Part shown: one piece after another, positions 46,301 through 59,300 of the stretch
Numbering within the stretch: the first letter of the stretch is position 1
Layout of the letters: every line of letters starts with the position of its first letter
From: Hydrolagus colliei
Lineage: Eukaryota
Direction of reading: 5' to 3'
DNA length: 64,000 nucleotides
Assembly (NCBI GenBank): GCA_035084275.1
Contig: CM068762.1
Span: forward strand, 11,718,001 to 11,782,000
The notes under the pieces: model-generated
What the model saw: the letters and a program-made list of their open reading frames with translations, nothing else
Database searches by the model: none
What the model was told of the DNA's origin: nothing
Translations under genes and position numbers: made by a program

Positions 46301-49300
46301 AGAGACGGCTGGGGGTGGGGGGAGAGAGACGGCTGGGGGGGGAGGGAGAAAGAGACGGCTGGGGTGGTGGTGGGGAAGAGAGACGACGGGGGTGTGGGGT
46401 GCGAGAGAGGGACGGTGGGGGGGGGGAGGGGGAGAGACGGGGTGGATGTGATAATATACAGATAGACAGAGATGGGGGGGATGTGAGAGAGGAGAGAGGG
46501 AGAGAGACATAGAGAGACACAGACAGAAAAACACAGAGATGGAGAGAGTGAGAGACACAGAGAGAGAAAGATATTTACCTCCTGAGAAGATAGCCCCCGA
46601 ATGCGCGCGCACCCGGAATGCGCGTGCATTCCGGCGCTGCGCGCATGCGCGGTACGAAAAAAACGGAATATATCGGTATTTCGGTATATCTCGATATGAG
46701 CCAACCGATATATCCATATCCAGAAAATTCCCATATCGCCGTTCCCTAATACATATACAACAACAACAACTTGGATTTAATATAGCACCCTCCACGCCCA
46801 CCGGACAGTGTCTCAGAGCACTCTGTTATAACATGTACCCAGGCACGCACACACACACGCACGCACATACTTACATATACACATTGTACTATTACCTTTT
46901 GCCTCCTAGAGGATTCCTTGGCTTGTCCGGCGTATTAACTGTTGAAACAATAACACAGTGAGAGAGTTGCTGCAGACAGCTTCAGGAGCTATGTATGTAT
47001 GCCTCCACTTCCCTCCAACCTCAGCTCAAAACCAGAGACGCGTTGAGGGTGGTGCCCGCCTATGCGTGTCTGAGTGAAAGTAGAGCAAGAACAGGAGGAG
47101 GAAGCCGTTTCAGTCCCCCGAGCCTGTTCCGACGTTCTATAAGAGCATGACTGATCTGTACCTCGAAGTCCAATTACCCGTCCTTGCCCCATAATCCCTT
47201 GATACCCTGACCTAACAAACATCTGGCCGTCTCAGTCTTGGAAACGCGAACAATTCCAGCCACAATCCACAGCCTTTGGGGCGGGTAGGGACCAACGAGT
47301 CCCAGATCTCCCCTCCTCTGTAACTGTGTGCCTGACTGAGTTCCTAAATTGCACGTTGCACTTATCCCGGTAACCACAGAATACACCCCTCGCGGAACTT
47401 CCAAGACCCCGGACGGACCTTTCCCTCGTCTATCTCCCTCCCACTTTTTACAAACCAGCCGGCTTGCCGTCAACCGTGCGAGGGCTGACGAGGGTTACAA
47501 GTCGACTAGCCGGAGAAGATCCTTACGGTCGGTGATGTTCAGCTCCACGGGCACCACAATGTCGAATTTGGTTATGGTTATGCCGCACCAGTAACGGCCG
47601 GCATCCTCCATCAGCAGTTCGTTCATGGTGACCGAAAATACGCCGCTGGTCTGATTGTCCTCCAGGAGTAGCTTGCTGCCGATGTGCTCCTCCTGTAGGC
47701 CTTCGATTCTGGCCATCACGACGCACGACTCCTGCTCCAGACCTCTGCACCAATACTTCCCGTGGCTCCGGTAATGCATGTCGTACTCGCAGTCCACGGT
47801 CACCGACTTTCCCTGGAAACCCAGCACCACTTGCGGCCCGGTCAACAGGTGTGGGCCTGTGGGGCGATGAACAATAGTGAATAATAATCATTAATAATAC
47901 TGATGATGATGACGATGACGATGATTCCCTGCCCTTGATGCGGCTCTCGTCGAGTCCTTCAAACCTCTGGAAGCACTTCTTGAAAGTTTGACTGCTGTCC
48001 GTCCATCTATCCGCCGCCGAACGCGCGGCAGCTGGTTTGCGCTCGGCGACGTCCCACCGCGGGCAGCCGTGAAGTGAATGAACTTAATTTTTAAATTTAG
48101 CGGCGGCTGAAAGTGTGGTCACTGAGGTTGGATGGAGAGCAACGGGGGGGGGGGGGTGGGGGTTAGGCGGGCAGGAGGCAGGAACCAGTTGAGCGGATGG
48201 TGGATTGGGAAACGAGCAGGCGGGAGAGGCTTGGAGGGATCCCAAGAGAGGAGCGTGCGGGTTTGGCCTTACCGTCAATGACCCGCAGCTCCACCTTTGA
48301 CATCATGTCGTTGCCAATCCGATAGATGCCGCACCAGTAAGTGCCGGTGTCCTCCACTTTCAGAGCGTCCATTGTGACCGTGAACTCCCCAGCCGCAGGA
48401 TCATCCTCGACGCACGCTCGTTCGCTCATGTGGCCAGAACTCGCCACCACTCCGCATAGGATCGACCGATCGCCTCGGCACCAATATTTCCCAGAGAAAG
48501 CGTAGGCATTGCCGTACTGACACTTCAGAGTCACCGACCCTCCGACCACTCCGTAGACCTTCTGCGGTGCGGTCAGTCCGGCCGTACCTGCGGCAGGGAG
48601 AGAGAGAGAGAGCATCGCAAGTTGCCGGGAGGCTGGCGTTGGTAATAATCACATCGCGAGTTTGATGAGAAAGAGGTCCTTGGAGTCAACGCGATCTGGA
48701 GTCCTGTAGTGCTGGGGTTAGTCACGCTCGCCTCACAAAGCGAGAGGACCCAGAGTTCGATTCTCGGGCAGGTGAAGCGAACGGTTAAGCTCGTTCTGAC
48801 AAGTTTCCTCCCATCACAAGCCTCTGTTTACTTCGCGTGTAGGAACCCGTTTTTTTGGATGGCTTTCCGGGACTAATCATCCCTCGCCCGTAAAAACTGG
48901 AGTCACTCAGTCCGCGACTGTTTGTGGGGCACTGCTGTGCGTGAACTGGCAGCCACGATTCACCCACAAAACACACAGTCAAGTCCACTTTACAATATAT
49001 ATTCTGGGAAGAGCTTTGAGACGTCTAGAAGACGTGAAAAGCGCTATATCAGATTCAAGGATTATTATTATTATTATTATAGTGTAAAACTGTGTTTTAG
49101 AGTTACAGTGCGTGTGACTGGTTGTGCAAAGGTTGATGTTGACAGTTTGCTAACGGAGAGCGAAGCCAGCGCAGAACAGTAAGGAACAGTGTCAAATGTA
49201 CAAGGACATTACACTGATTGCTCATGTCACTGACACAAGCTGACTAGACTGTTTAACATTGTCCCTGTGTTGAACCTGTTTGAAATGTAAGAGCAGTAAC

Positions 49301-50923
49301 TGAGATGTATTCACTCTATGTTTCAGGAGCGGAGGGAGGGGGAGGCGAGTGGGGGTGTGTAAGGTTTCTGGTAGGTATTGGCTCAGGTAATAATAATAAT
49401 AATAAAAAGAAGAAGAAGCAGAATCCTTGTATTTTAATATTGTGCTTTTCACATTTTATCGACGTCTCAAAGCGCGTCACAGAATTTACTGTAAAGTGAA
49501 TTGACTGTGTATTTGTGGACGATACCCGAGCCAATTGCACACAGCGGCGTCCCCACAAACAGTCGTGGATTGAAATGACCAATTTTTATTATTGCGTGTT
49601 TTTGGGAGAGATTATTGTCAGGCGTGTGTGTGTGTGTGGAGTCAGGAAACTTGCTCAAGGTTCCGCCCTGATCTGCCTGGATTCGAACACAGGTCTCACG
49701 CTTGTAAGGCGAGCGCTCTAACCCACTGAGCTAGAGGAGCTCCACGATGCAGATTGGTTGGGGATCAGGAGGCCACGGGAAAGGCTGGAGACGTGGATCT
49801 TGGAAAACAGGATCAACCGACAACACTGCGGGATCTGGTTAAAGAGCTAAATCAACAGTGAGATAAACAGTTCAGAAAACACCAGATAGATAGCGAGATC
49901 AGGAAAACAGATTAGGAAAGTTTAGGGAGCAAAAGCACATGTAGTCATGTAAAATGCCTAAAATGTGTTCAAATTAAATGCAGTGAAATATTAGGGCATT
50001 TATTTGTCATTATTGTGAGGGTTTTTTGTTTTGATATACATCTTTTTTTTCCGCTCTGGCAGCACTGAAGCTGAAAGCAAATAAAACAGTGGTGTGATCT
50101 TTGTGTATGTTTGAATAGGCATATTTGACCTATCATTGGTGTTCACTTATTAACCCTTAGTTGAAAGCTAGCTTTCTCTGCGATGGTCTGTTAAAAATAG
50201 CACTGATTTATTGCAATGTCCTGTGGCACAGTGGTTAGAGCACTTGCCTCACAAGTGAGAGGACCCGAGGTTTTGATTAGGCAAGTTTCCTTACCCCACA
50301 CACCTCGGTTTACCTCGCGATAAGTAGGAACCCTGTTGTTAGTCGATTGGCGGATTGTTTGTCTGGGGGAAATAATCCCTTCAATAAAAAATTATAATTA
50401 TTTCGGTCACTTGAATCCACAATTGTTTGTGGGGGATGTTGCCGTACGCGATCGGCTGCCGCGTTTCGCCCACCAAAATATACAGTCAATCCACTTTGCA
50501 TTACATTCCGTGAAGCGCTTTGAGACGTCTAGAAGTGAAAAGCCGCGATATCAAATGCAAGGATTTTCATTATTATTATCTGAAACTCCTATCTCTTTCT
50601 CAGCAGCGTCATGAGATCCTTAAAGTCCGACTGGAACAGGGAGAAGGGAATCTCCTTGGTTTAGCGTCAGATCTGAAGGGTCGGAGAGCGAGAGAGAAAG
50701 AGCGAGAAAGAGCGAGAAAGAGCGAGAAAGAGCGAGAGGGAGCGAGAGGGAGAGATGGGATTAGATGCTGAGCTCTAGCCTCGTTCCTTCCCGTCCTGTC
50801 TTGTGAAATTCCATAAAACTGATAACTAGGAGTAGTGACATTGGAGCGAGCGGGTTCTGGCGACATTTCCTTACCTGGTAACGAGGCGACGACCAAGAGG
50901 AGAGCGAGTTGAGTGAATACCAT
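43364..50923 (-). CDS. Receptor D: CD300/pIgR-like with 2 IgV domains, short stalk and neutral TM; cytoplasmic exons tentative
   Basis: Leader 50875-50923 (MVFTQLALLLVVASLPG); Ig 48273-48587 and 47527-47856; stalk 46896-46938 (phase 1-2); TM 44876-44982 (NGMSTALLIPLIGGSILLVLVITIFFIRYEK); candidate exons 43973-44025 and 43364-43547 (LIYTKM). Tail phases are not fully reconciled. Confidence 0.75.
45630..46748. mobile_element. Non-autonomous hAT-type DNA transposon (MITE-like)
   Basis: Perfect 16-bp TIR TAGGGAACGGCGATAT (45630-45645 and 46733-46748); perfect 8-bp TSD ATACATAT (45622-45629 and 46749-46756); subterminal CGATAT/ATATCG arrays; no transposase ORF. Confidence 0.92.
45875..46445 (+). 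repeat. G-rich minisatellite, unit about GAGAGAGACGGCTG(G)n, inside the hAT element
   Basis: Roughly 20 degenerate tandem units; this is the source of the spurious poly-Pro and poly-Gly ORFs. Confidence 0.9.
47527..47856 (-). CDS. Receptor D IgV domain 2 exon
   Basis: GKSVTVDCEY...GKYWCR...SC...GVFSVTMNELLMEDAGRYWCG; phase 1-1. Confidence 0.9.
48273..48587 (-). CDS. Receptor D IgV domain 1 exon
   Basis: GGSVTLKCQY...GKYWCR...LC...FTVTMDALKVEDTGTYWCG; phase 1-1. Confidence 0.9.
48698..49080 (+). mobile_element. tRNA-derived SINE, long subfamily
   Basis: Head with CTCACAA loop, central segment and (ATT)n tail. Confidence 0.8.
49388..49743 (-). mobile_element. tRNA-derived SINE
   Basis: Full consensus on the minus strand. 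Confidence 0.85.
50217..50579 (+). mobile_element. tRNA-derived SINE, long subfamily
   Basis: Head, central segment and tail. Confidence 0.8.
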
Positions 50924-51416
50924 GTTTCAAAAGAGCAGCTGGTTGTGCCGAGAGAGTACGGTTTGTCGAGTGTATTAACTAGAATATTAACTAGAAGCTC
51001 TGACTTACAACTCCTCCCCTCCCTCCCTCCCTCCCTCCCCTCTCCAGCACTGGCAAATAAGATTCAATGGTGCAAGCAGTTATCAATCGAAAATGAAATG
51101 TTTGCGGACGGTTATGCAAGGCCCACCTCTGGCCACTTGTTCCACAGATAACAACGTTGGCTTTGGTGCGAGGGGCCGATGTTCTTATTTGCTTTCTGTT
51201 TGATAGAGCGGCAGCCCAATCGCAAACACGCTGCTCTCGTTCCAAACGGGTAATAATTAAAGATGTTAGATTCATCCGCTCAATGCGTCCTGCAAGAGGC
51301 AATGGGAGTCCATTGATGGACTGGGAACTCAGTCATACATGGATTTACCAGGTGAGCGTTGGGTCTGTGAGTTGACCACATACTTTGTGGCCAGTGGGGA
51401 GGAGGTCTGACTGTTG

Positions 51417-51780
51417 ATAATAATGACAATAACAGTAACAATCCTTCCGTTTGATGCAGAGCCTCATCACGTCTTTGAGACGTCTCAAAGGGCTTCACCG
51501 GATCTAATGCAACTGACTGTGAATTCTGTGGGCGAAAACGCGGCAGACAATTTTGCACAGCAACATCCCCACAAACAGCTGTGGACTGAATGACCAAATT
51601 ATTATTATTTAAAAAAATTTTGAGTGAATGTTATCCCCAGAAATGCGAACCGCCAATCGACTACCAACTGGGTTCCTATTTACTGCTGGGTAAACAGTAA
51701 GAAAACTTGCTAAACCTTTCTCTCTGCCCCGGGAATCTAACCCAGGGCCTCTCGCTTCCATCACTAAGCTCCAGGACTCC
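51417..51780 (-). mobile_element. tRNA-derived SINE, diverged
   Basis: Head and tail recognisable; boundaries approximate. Confidence 0.7.
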
Positions 51781-54234
51781 CACGAATACGGCAGCTATTT
51801 CACCTGTTACGTCTGTTGAACATTTTTATTGTGAATCGAAACGGTAGCCAACAGTTGGTCACGTCCGCCGTCTTTGTGTTCTTCCTCTTCTGTCTTCATT
51901 GGGAATCACCATCGCCTATGGAGGGACTTAACTGGTAACTCTAACCTTCTAAGCAACTGGCCTTTCTCCCTACTCCATCCTCAACCCCCTGGTTCGGCAT
52001 TGTACTCCACTATTGACGAGTGCTGTGTGAGGGGCACTATATAAATGCAAGTTGTTGTTGTTATTGTTTGTGGTGCTGGGTGTAAAGGATTGCGCTTCAC
52101 TCCTCAGCTCACGATTTGTATGAAATAATGTTGCATGAAACATACGCTCTCTCTCTCTCTCACTCTGCCTCTCTTTCCCTCCCTTCCTTGCCCTTTAATT
52201 CTGGAATTCTGGAGAGTATGAAGTATAGATTGGACAGCATAATTGAGGGACCTCAGTGTGTGCGTTGGGGACAACTGCTGGAGTTTTTCCAGCTAAAACC
52301 ATCCAACTTGTCATTGAAAACCTTTGGTTTGTAAGGTTAACAGGAGTTAAGTTGGACAGATTGTCAGTATAATAATGATAATAATAATCCTTGCACTTGA
52401 TATAGCGCTTTTCACATTCTACTACTGATAATATAATAAGCCTTGCAAAGCGAATTGATTGTGTATTTTGTGGGCGAAACTTTATCAGAGTGTGACACAC
52501 ATTTATTTTTGTAAACTTTTAATGTTATTTGGAAAGGAACCATTTTTACCAGGTAACGAACAGACGGCACGGTGGGCGCTGAAGGAGAACGGTTAACAAG
52601 GAGTGAAGTTACATTCGGGGGAAACCGTAAGTTAGTGAAAGGTGTCATTACATTTTCAGTAAATAAATCCCAAAACTCTGCTGAATTTTCTAAGTGCGCC
52701 GAACAGAACTATACTTAAACACCCAACTAACAGGACGTACGGGAATTTCAAAATCCATTCCACACCTTGAGAAAAAATAAAAGCAAATGATTTCAACCTG
52801 GAAGCTGCGGATTTGCCCCGTTAATAAAACAATCACTTTTATTCCCCTCCACACCCCCCTCCCCTCTACCGAATGACGGTATAAATAAAACGGTTTGCTC
52901 GTCTCCGTCGTGAAACAAACACATCAAATTCGCTCAGTCGCGTTGGGATGCCCTTAAGCACGGTGATGGGTTTCCGCAAGTGTCAGACACCCGGCTGGCT
53001 GGCTGGCTGACTGACACACAGAAACTTTTTTATAAAAAAATTCACGCCACAAGCACAGGACGCTAACTTATCTTTTCCCGTCTGTTACCGTTCGAAATAA
53101 ACGAGTTATAATAAATAAACGCCTTTTTTTTTTTTTCGGTTTCAAGCCCCCGAAATATCACAGGGCATCACGGATCATTTTTATTCATCGCCCGGCTTCT
53201 TATTGCTCCCCTGTGCCAATGGTGCCAGTCACTGCCCACCCATCAACCAGACAGCGGGAGAAGGGGGGGGGACTAGAGAGAGAGAGAGAGCCTCAGGTTT
53301 AAACTGCCATCAGTCATTCCCAGTTGGGGAACAAACAATTAGCTGTTAATGATTCTTAGTAAACTCCCCCAAAATTACTGAGGCGGGTTAAAACATCGAT
53401 TAAAAAAAGTTACGATGGTTAGTATTGTTAACGGTGAGAAAGCTGCTTACGTAAAGCCTTGTTATTTATGCTTCTTTCCGCTCGAGCATGTGCTTGATTG
53501 GCACAGCCGCTGAATCTGACACGGGACGAAAAAAATAAATAGACGTCGCCACTGACCCCACACACATCTGCCCCCCCAATCCCCCTACCCACCACCACCA
53601 CACCCCCACCCACCCCCTCTCCCTACCACCCCCAGCCCTCAACCATCCATTCTTTAATAAAAAATATATCCGTGATACTTAAGACTCCCACAAACGCTGG
53701 TCACTGCTCACATACCAAAGGGCAGTGATGCTCTCGTAACAAAATAAGAAAATCTGTCAATCCCTCTAAAGCAAAGCAGCGGGAGAACCGGCTTCCAAAT
53801 TATATGTGGGGGCGGGTAGGGGCGGGGGTAGGGGTGGGGGGGCGTGGGGCTGGGGGTGGGTGTGAGGGGGTGGGTGGGTGGGTGGGTAGGGGGTTGGAGG
53901 GTAATGCAAGAATTTCCCACGAGTCAGAAAATTGTCAGGCAAAACAGTCTTGCATCAGACTAAGAGCAGATGGAATCTCTCCCCGCCAATGCCTGGTGAT
54001 AGTTAGGAGAACAGCCCATGCTCCGATAATAAATGTACTACAATAATAATAATAATAATAATAATCCTTGAATGTGGTATATGGCGCCTTAGCTGGTCAT
54101 TGAGACGACCCAAAGCGCTTCACACGACAGATACACTGCAGAGTGGAGTGACTGCGTATTTTGACGGACGGATGAATGGGCCAGCGTTGCGGATGTTGTT
54201 TTCGAGGTACCCTGGCGCGCGCAGACGGATGGCG

Positions 54235-55191
54235 TTACTGTTTGATGATGATCGTGGAGTACTCTGTTGTTTCGGAAGCCGCTGGGCGCTGGCCGGTGGC
54301 TTGATGGCTTCCTGGCTCTGGGAAGTCTTGACTTTATCGTGCGTGGTGGACGCGTCCTGCGATGCCGGATCGCCAGGGCTGAATTGTCACCGTGCTATAG
54401 GTAACACCTTCCTCCACTTCTGTTGAACAGCTGAGTGGGGAAAGAGCATATTAATAATAATTTATTATTATAATCATCGTCAACGTTGCATTTTATTATC
54501 GTGTGTGTTTTTTCTTTGATGGATTATTATTAGGCGTGTGTGTTTATGTATGTATGTGTGTGTGTGTGTGGTGCGTGTGTGTGTGTGTGGAGTAAGGAAA
54601 CTTGCGCAAGGTTTCGCCTGACCTGCCTGGGATTCGAACACAGCGTCTCACGCCTGTAAGGCGAGTCTCGGCTCTAACCATTGAGCTACAGCAGCTCCAC
54701 AGGATGCCGTGTGACGCGGATTGACTGTGTGTTTTGCGGGCGAAACGCGGCAGCCAGTGTGCGCCCGGCAGCGGCGTCCCACGAACAGCCGTGGAGTGAA
54801 CGACCAATTTGTATTTGACGGATTGACGGCCAGGACACAGGGAGAGGGAAAGGAAGAGAGAGAGATAATAGCTCATTCTCATTTCGAATAGTGCCTTGGG
54901 ATCTAAAATGTTCACCTGAGCAGGTAGGTAAAGCCTTAGTTTAATGTCTGCAAAGAATAAGTGAAGAGTAATAACTTCCGACAATGCAACGCCCTCCCCA
55001 ACCTCTCCCCTCCCCAACCTCCCCCACTCCCCAACCTCCCACCTCGCCAATCCCCCTCCCTCCCCAGCGATGCATTGGAAATCATATGACTTCCAGGCAC
55101 AAGGGTTTAGTAAACCTTGAAGACTCTTGCATTCTTACCACCGAGTTTGAAGTTGGGATGGAGTTCTCCACTTGTGGTGTTATGTCTTTAC
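54235..55191 (-). pseudogene. Orphaned or decaying cytoplasmic exons of receptor E
   Basis: 53-nt exon 55139-55191 (same length and phase as B's 25844-25896 exon). Terminal-type exon 54235-54430 has VTYSTV and TEYSTI in one frame, interrupted by TAA at 54334-54336. Confidence 0.55.
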
Positions 55192-56349
55192 CTTTTGGGA
55201 GGGAGGGAGGGGGAGGGAGGGAGGAGAGAGGGAGGAGGGGGAGGAATAAAATAAGGTCAGATGACATTTTCAATTGACACAGCCTCTCCTCACTCCAACC
55301 CTCTTCAATCACAGGCAAGGTCCTCTGGATCCTCTGTTCCGGGCCAGAGATAAGAACTTATCTAGTTCATTTAGAATCACTTTAAAGAGCCAGGATAATG
55401 ATAATAATAATAATAACAGTGATAATCCTTGCATTTGATATGTGTCTCAAAGCGCTTCTCACAGAATACGCCTGTAAAGTGAATTAACTGTGTATTGGTG
55501 GGCGAGACGCGGCAGCCAATTGCGCACAGCAGCGTTTTCCCCCCACCCACCCACCCCAAACAGTCGTGGGTTGAGATGACCCATTTCTTTTCTGAGGCGT
55601 GCGGAGTAAGGAAACTTGTCCTAGGTTTCCCTCCCGGTGACCTTGCCCGGAATCGAACCGGGTCTCTCGCTCGCTAAGACGCTTCAATGGAGGGATAATC
55701 ATAGTCACCTTGTGTGCTGACCGAGGCCGTGGCCTTGCAGCCCCGGACGCAGATTACAGAAGACTGCGTCGACCGAGAACAATGTCCCTTTCTTATGGTT
55801 CCACGTAACACATTGCCACATTGTGAACAGGGCGAGCTTGCCATTCCAGTGGGGAGGCTGGCACCATTAGCCAGTGTAACACAGCTACTGTTTCAATCAA
55901 CCCACCCTCATCCATCCCACCACAAACACACACACACACACACACACACATACACAGACCCTGACACACACGCGCGCACACCAAGAAATAAAGAGAGCTC
56001 TTTTACACCACATAGAGGACGGTACAACTTTACTGCGACAGAGGAAAATGAAAATAAATCCCAAAGCGCTGTACGCTTCACACAAACGCCTTCCGCGAGC
56101 AGGGAAAATGTCTCAAAGAGCTTTGGGGTGTGATCGACTACATTTCGGTCCTGGTCTGTTTGTGGAGATCTCGGGAGGTCTTTCAATCCAGTGCCCTGCC
56201 CTGTCATCCACACCCTTTCAATGCCTCTGCTACCCAACTGTCCGTCCACCTCTCGGACGCAGTGGATTGCCCCGCCTCAGTGCAGATGCTCTCGAGCCGC
56301 GAGTAATACACACACACAGAGAGACTTACTGTTGCGCTGTGATGACGTC

Positions 56350-59300
56350 TTATCTTTTGACGATCAGGACCACTAGGCCGATCAACAGCAGCAACACCAC
56401 TCCAAAAATGATGCCCAGAGCGATGTGCAGGCTTGATAAATCATCGACGAGAGCGAGAGAAGAGAGAGAGACGAGAGCTACATCAGCACAGAAACAGCCC
56501 ACATTCAGGTAGAATATGTGGGTGCGGAAGCAACTCTAGACTGACCTATCTTATCCTCTCTCCACCCTTTGATGTTATTTGACCATTCAATTTAAAAAAA
56601 AATAAACAGGCTTGATGGGCTGAATAGCCTCCTGTCTCCTATCCTCCCCTGGTTTCCTATGTTACCTTAAGATTCTAATTAAGATTGCTTGAGTGAGTTG
56701 GACATGAATTGCTGAATACAATGTGTGGCTGACGAAAATCAGAGCTGATGGGCGACAGAAAAGACACAGGGAGAATGGGTTGGGTTGGGGTTTGGACTGG
56801 GAGGAAGAGAGCTGGGAGGGGAGCGGAGGTGTAGGGGAAGGGAGGGCAAGTGGGGAGGTGGGGGGGGGTTGTGGTGGTTGGGGGAAGGTTGGCTAGTAGA
56901 TCTCTCCGGGGTTCCCGGACATTTCAGATTGGATCCCTCAGTTTAAGCTTCGNNNNNNNNNNNNNNNNNNNNNNNNNNNNNNNNNNNNNNNNNNNNNNNN
57001 NNNNNNNNNNNNNNNNNNNNNNNNNNNNNNNNNNNNNNNNNNNNNNNNNNNNNNNNNNNNNNNNNNNNNNNNNNNNNNNNNNNNNNNNNNNNNNNNNNNN
57101 NNNNNNNNNNNNNNNNNNNNNNNNNNNNNNNNNTTGGAGACACACCGCTGTAATAGGCCACATCTGGCACCAAGTCTACGATCTGATCATGTGAAAAGAA
57201 GCCAACAATTGTATGTGTGTGTTGCTGATCGCTGATCGCTGCAGCTATATAATACACAGCAAAATATCAGTGATGGGTGTGACAGGGAACCAGATTATAA
57301 AGGGTTATTATGCAAAGTGCCTCCATTGTAATCTTGGTCTAANNNNNNNNNNNNNNNNNNNNNNNNNNNNNNNNNNNNNNNNNNNNNNNNNNNNNNNNNN
57401 NNNNNNNNNNNNNNNNNNNNNNNNNNNNNNNNNNNNNNNNNNNNNNNNNNNNNNNNNNNNNNNNNNNNNNNNNNNNNNNNNNNNNNNNNNNNNNNNNNNN
57501 NNNNNNNNNNNNNNNNNNNNNNNNNNNNNNNNNNNNNNNNNNTAGTGGGGGGGAGGCGGTGGGAGGGATTGTGGAAGAGTGTTCCAGAGTTTCGGGGTTG
57601 CAGTGACATACTCGGACTCTGACTACTAACGGACGAGTGGTTGAAGAATGATAGCATTAGCTTGTCAGTTGCATCTTACCTTCGTAAACTCTGAGGAATA
57701 CCGGGTGCTGTATATCCAGGAGGTGAGGTCTTTCTATACCGCACCAATACCAGCCAGCGTCTCTCAGTGTTATCTTCCGCAGAGTCACTGAGAACTCGCC
57801 CCTCTTGTTATCGGCTTTCACTGTTAGTCTGCCGTGGTGAGATGTCCTTTCATGCTCGGAGGTGATCCCCAGCACACTGCAGTACCTCCTGTAGTAGCCC
57901 TGGCACCAGTACTTCTTATAGGCTCGGTAAGAGTTGTCAAATTTACACATTATAGTGGTTTGAGATTCCACCGTTGCATTCTTTTCGCTCGGCCCCCTGA
58001 GCGAAGCATAGGTCACTGTGGAATAAATGGGCAACGTTACAGAACTATACAAGTTATACAGTTTGGGGGCATCTTCCAGTGTTGGGAGGGTAACAACAAC
58101 TACAGCAACAATATGACGTTTTTTTGTAGCGCCTTTCATGTCAGAAGGATGTCGCAAGGCGCTGGACAGTCAAGGGAGGTGGAGGGAAGAGATGCCCGAA
58201 GGTCAAAGAGCCAAGTCTAGAGATAGGTTTTGAAGATTGGGTGGAGGCTGGTTGGTTGGTTGGTTTGGTTTGGTTTGGTTTGGTGAGGAGGGGAGATGGT
58301 TGGGGGTTGTCAGGGAGAGAGAGAGCGAGAGAGAGAGAGAGTTCATTTGAACATGGAGTAAAGACATCAGATGGACAATCCTGTTTGTGTGAGATTGTCC
58401 TCTGCCCCAGTAATGGCTGTCGGTGGTGCCTGGTGCAATAGGGGAGGTCACGTGTCCAGCCAGATGTGATCCTGAGCTGACGTGTAAGTCATTTAATGAT
58501 GATCCACAGATTCTTTTTTGTCCGCTCTGAGCTATTTGAGCCACTGCCGGGCTCACACATCCTGTGTCTTTACAGAGTGTGACTCCTGCAAGCGACAAAA
58601 TCAGGAAGTGAAGCTGCTGATCGCTACTCGTGATCTCCGAGTACCAGAGTCAGGGCCTTCCCCTCCCTTTTCCCCATCCACCCTCGCCCCTCGGCCCTCT
58701 CCGTCCACACCCCCACCCTCTCCCTCCCTCGCCCTACCCCCAGTTCGGTTTTCTTCCTACAAGTTACACTCGGTGGATTGAATGGTCTACAAGAGCTGCA
58801 AGACTCTACCTGGCGTGAAGGGCTTTACATTGATAATAATACAATACACAATTACATTTGTACAGCGCCCTTCACGTCTGGAGGACATCACAAGGCCCTT
58901 GGGTCACAAGGGCCTTGGGACACTTGTTTTCGAGGGACGCTTCGTTTCTGTGGATCCTGTTTATCCCTGGAGAACGAACCTTCAGCCACTCTGCCCCCAA
59001 ACTCTGGAACTCTACCCCGCAGTCCCTTCACCTCTCCCCTTCCCTGGCCTCCTGAAGTCCCACTGCAAGACCCTTCTCTTCAATAATCCCATTGGTCACC
59101 CCTTTTCCCTCCACCCTCCCCAACCCTGTCCCCAGCTTGGGTCTGAAATAATGGCTGTCCAGCGCCTTGGGATGTCCTCCTGATGTGAATGGCGCTTTAC
59201 AAGTGTAATTTTGTTGTTGTTGCTGTTGTCAACATGTGGAGGCCCAGTAACCTATAAGGGGAGGACAGGAGGGAAGGGTGGGGTGGGGGAGAGATTTGGG

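Noticed and set aside
45558-46801. Three 320-aa Pro-rich ORFs and Gly-rich ORFs on the opposite strand
   Set aside because: Translations of the G-rich minisatellite inside the hAT MITE; no splice or domain evidence.
56666-56744. Phase 1-2 open segment with good splice sites as a possible stalk exon of E
   Set aside because: The peptide ([25 protein letters not shown]) is not S/T/P-rich like the other stalks, and the real stalk may lie in the N gaps. Left unassigned.
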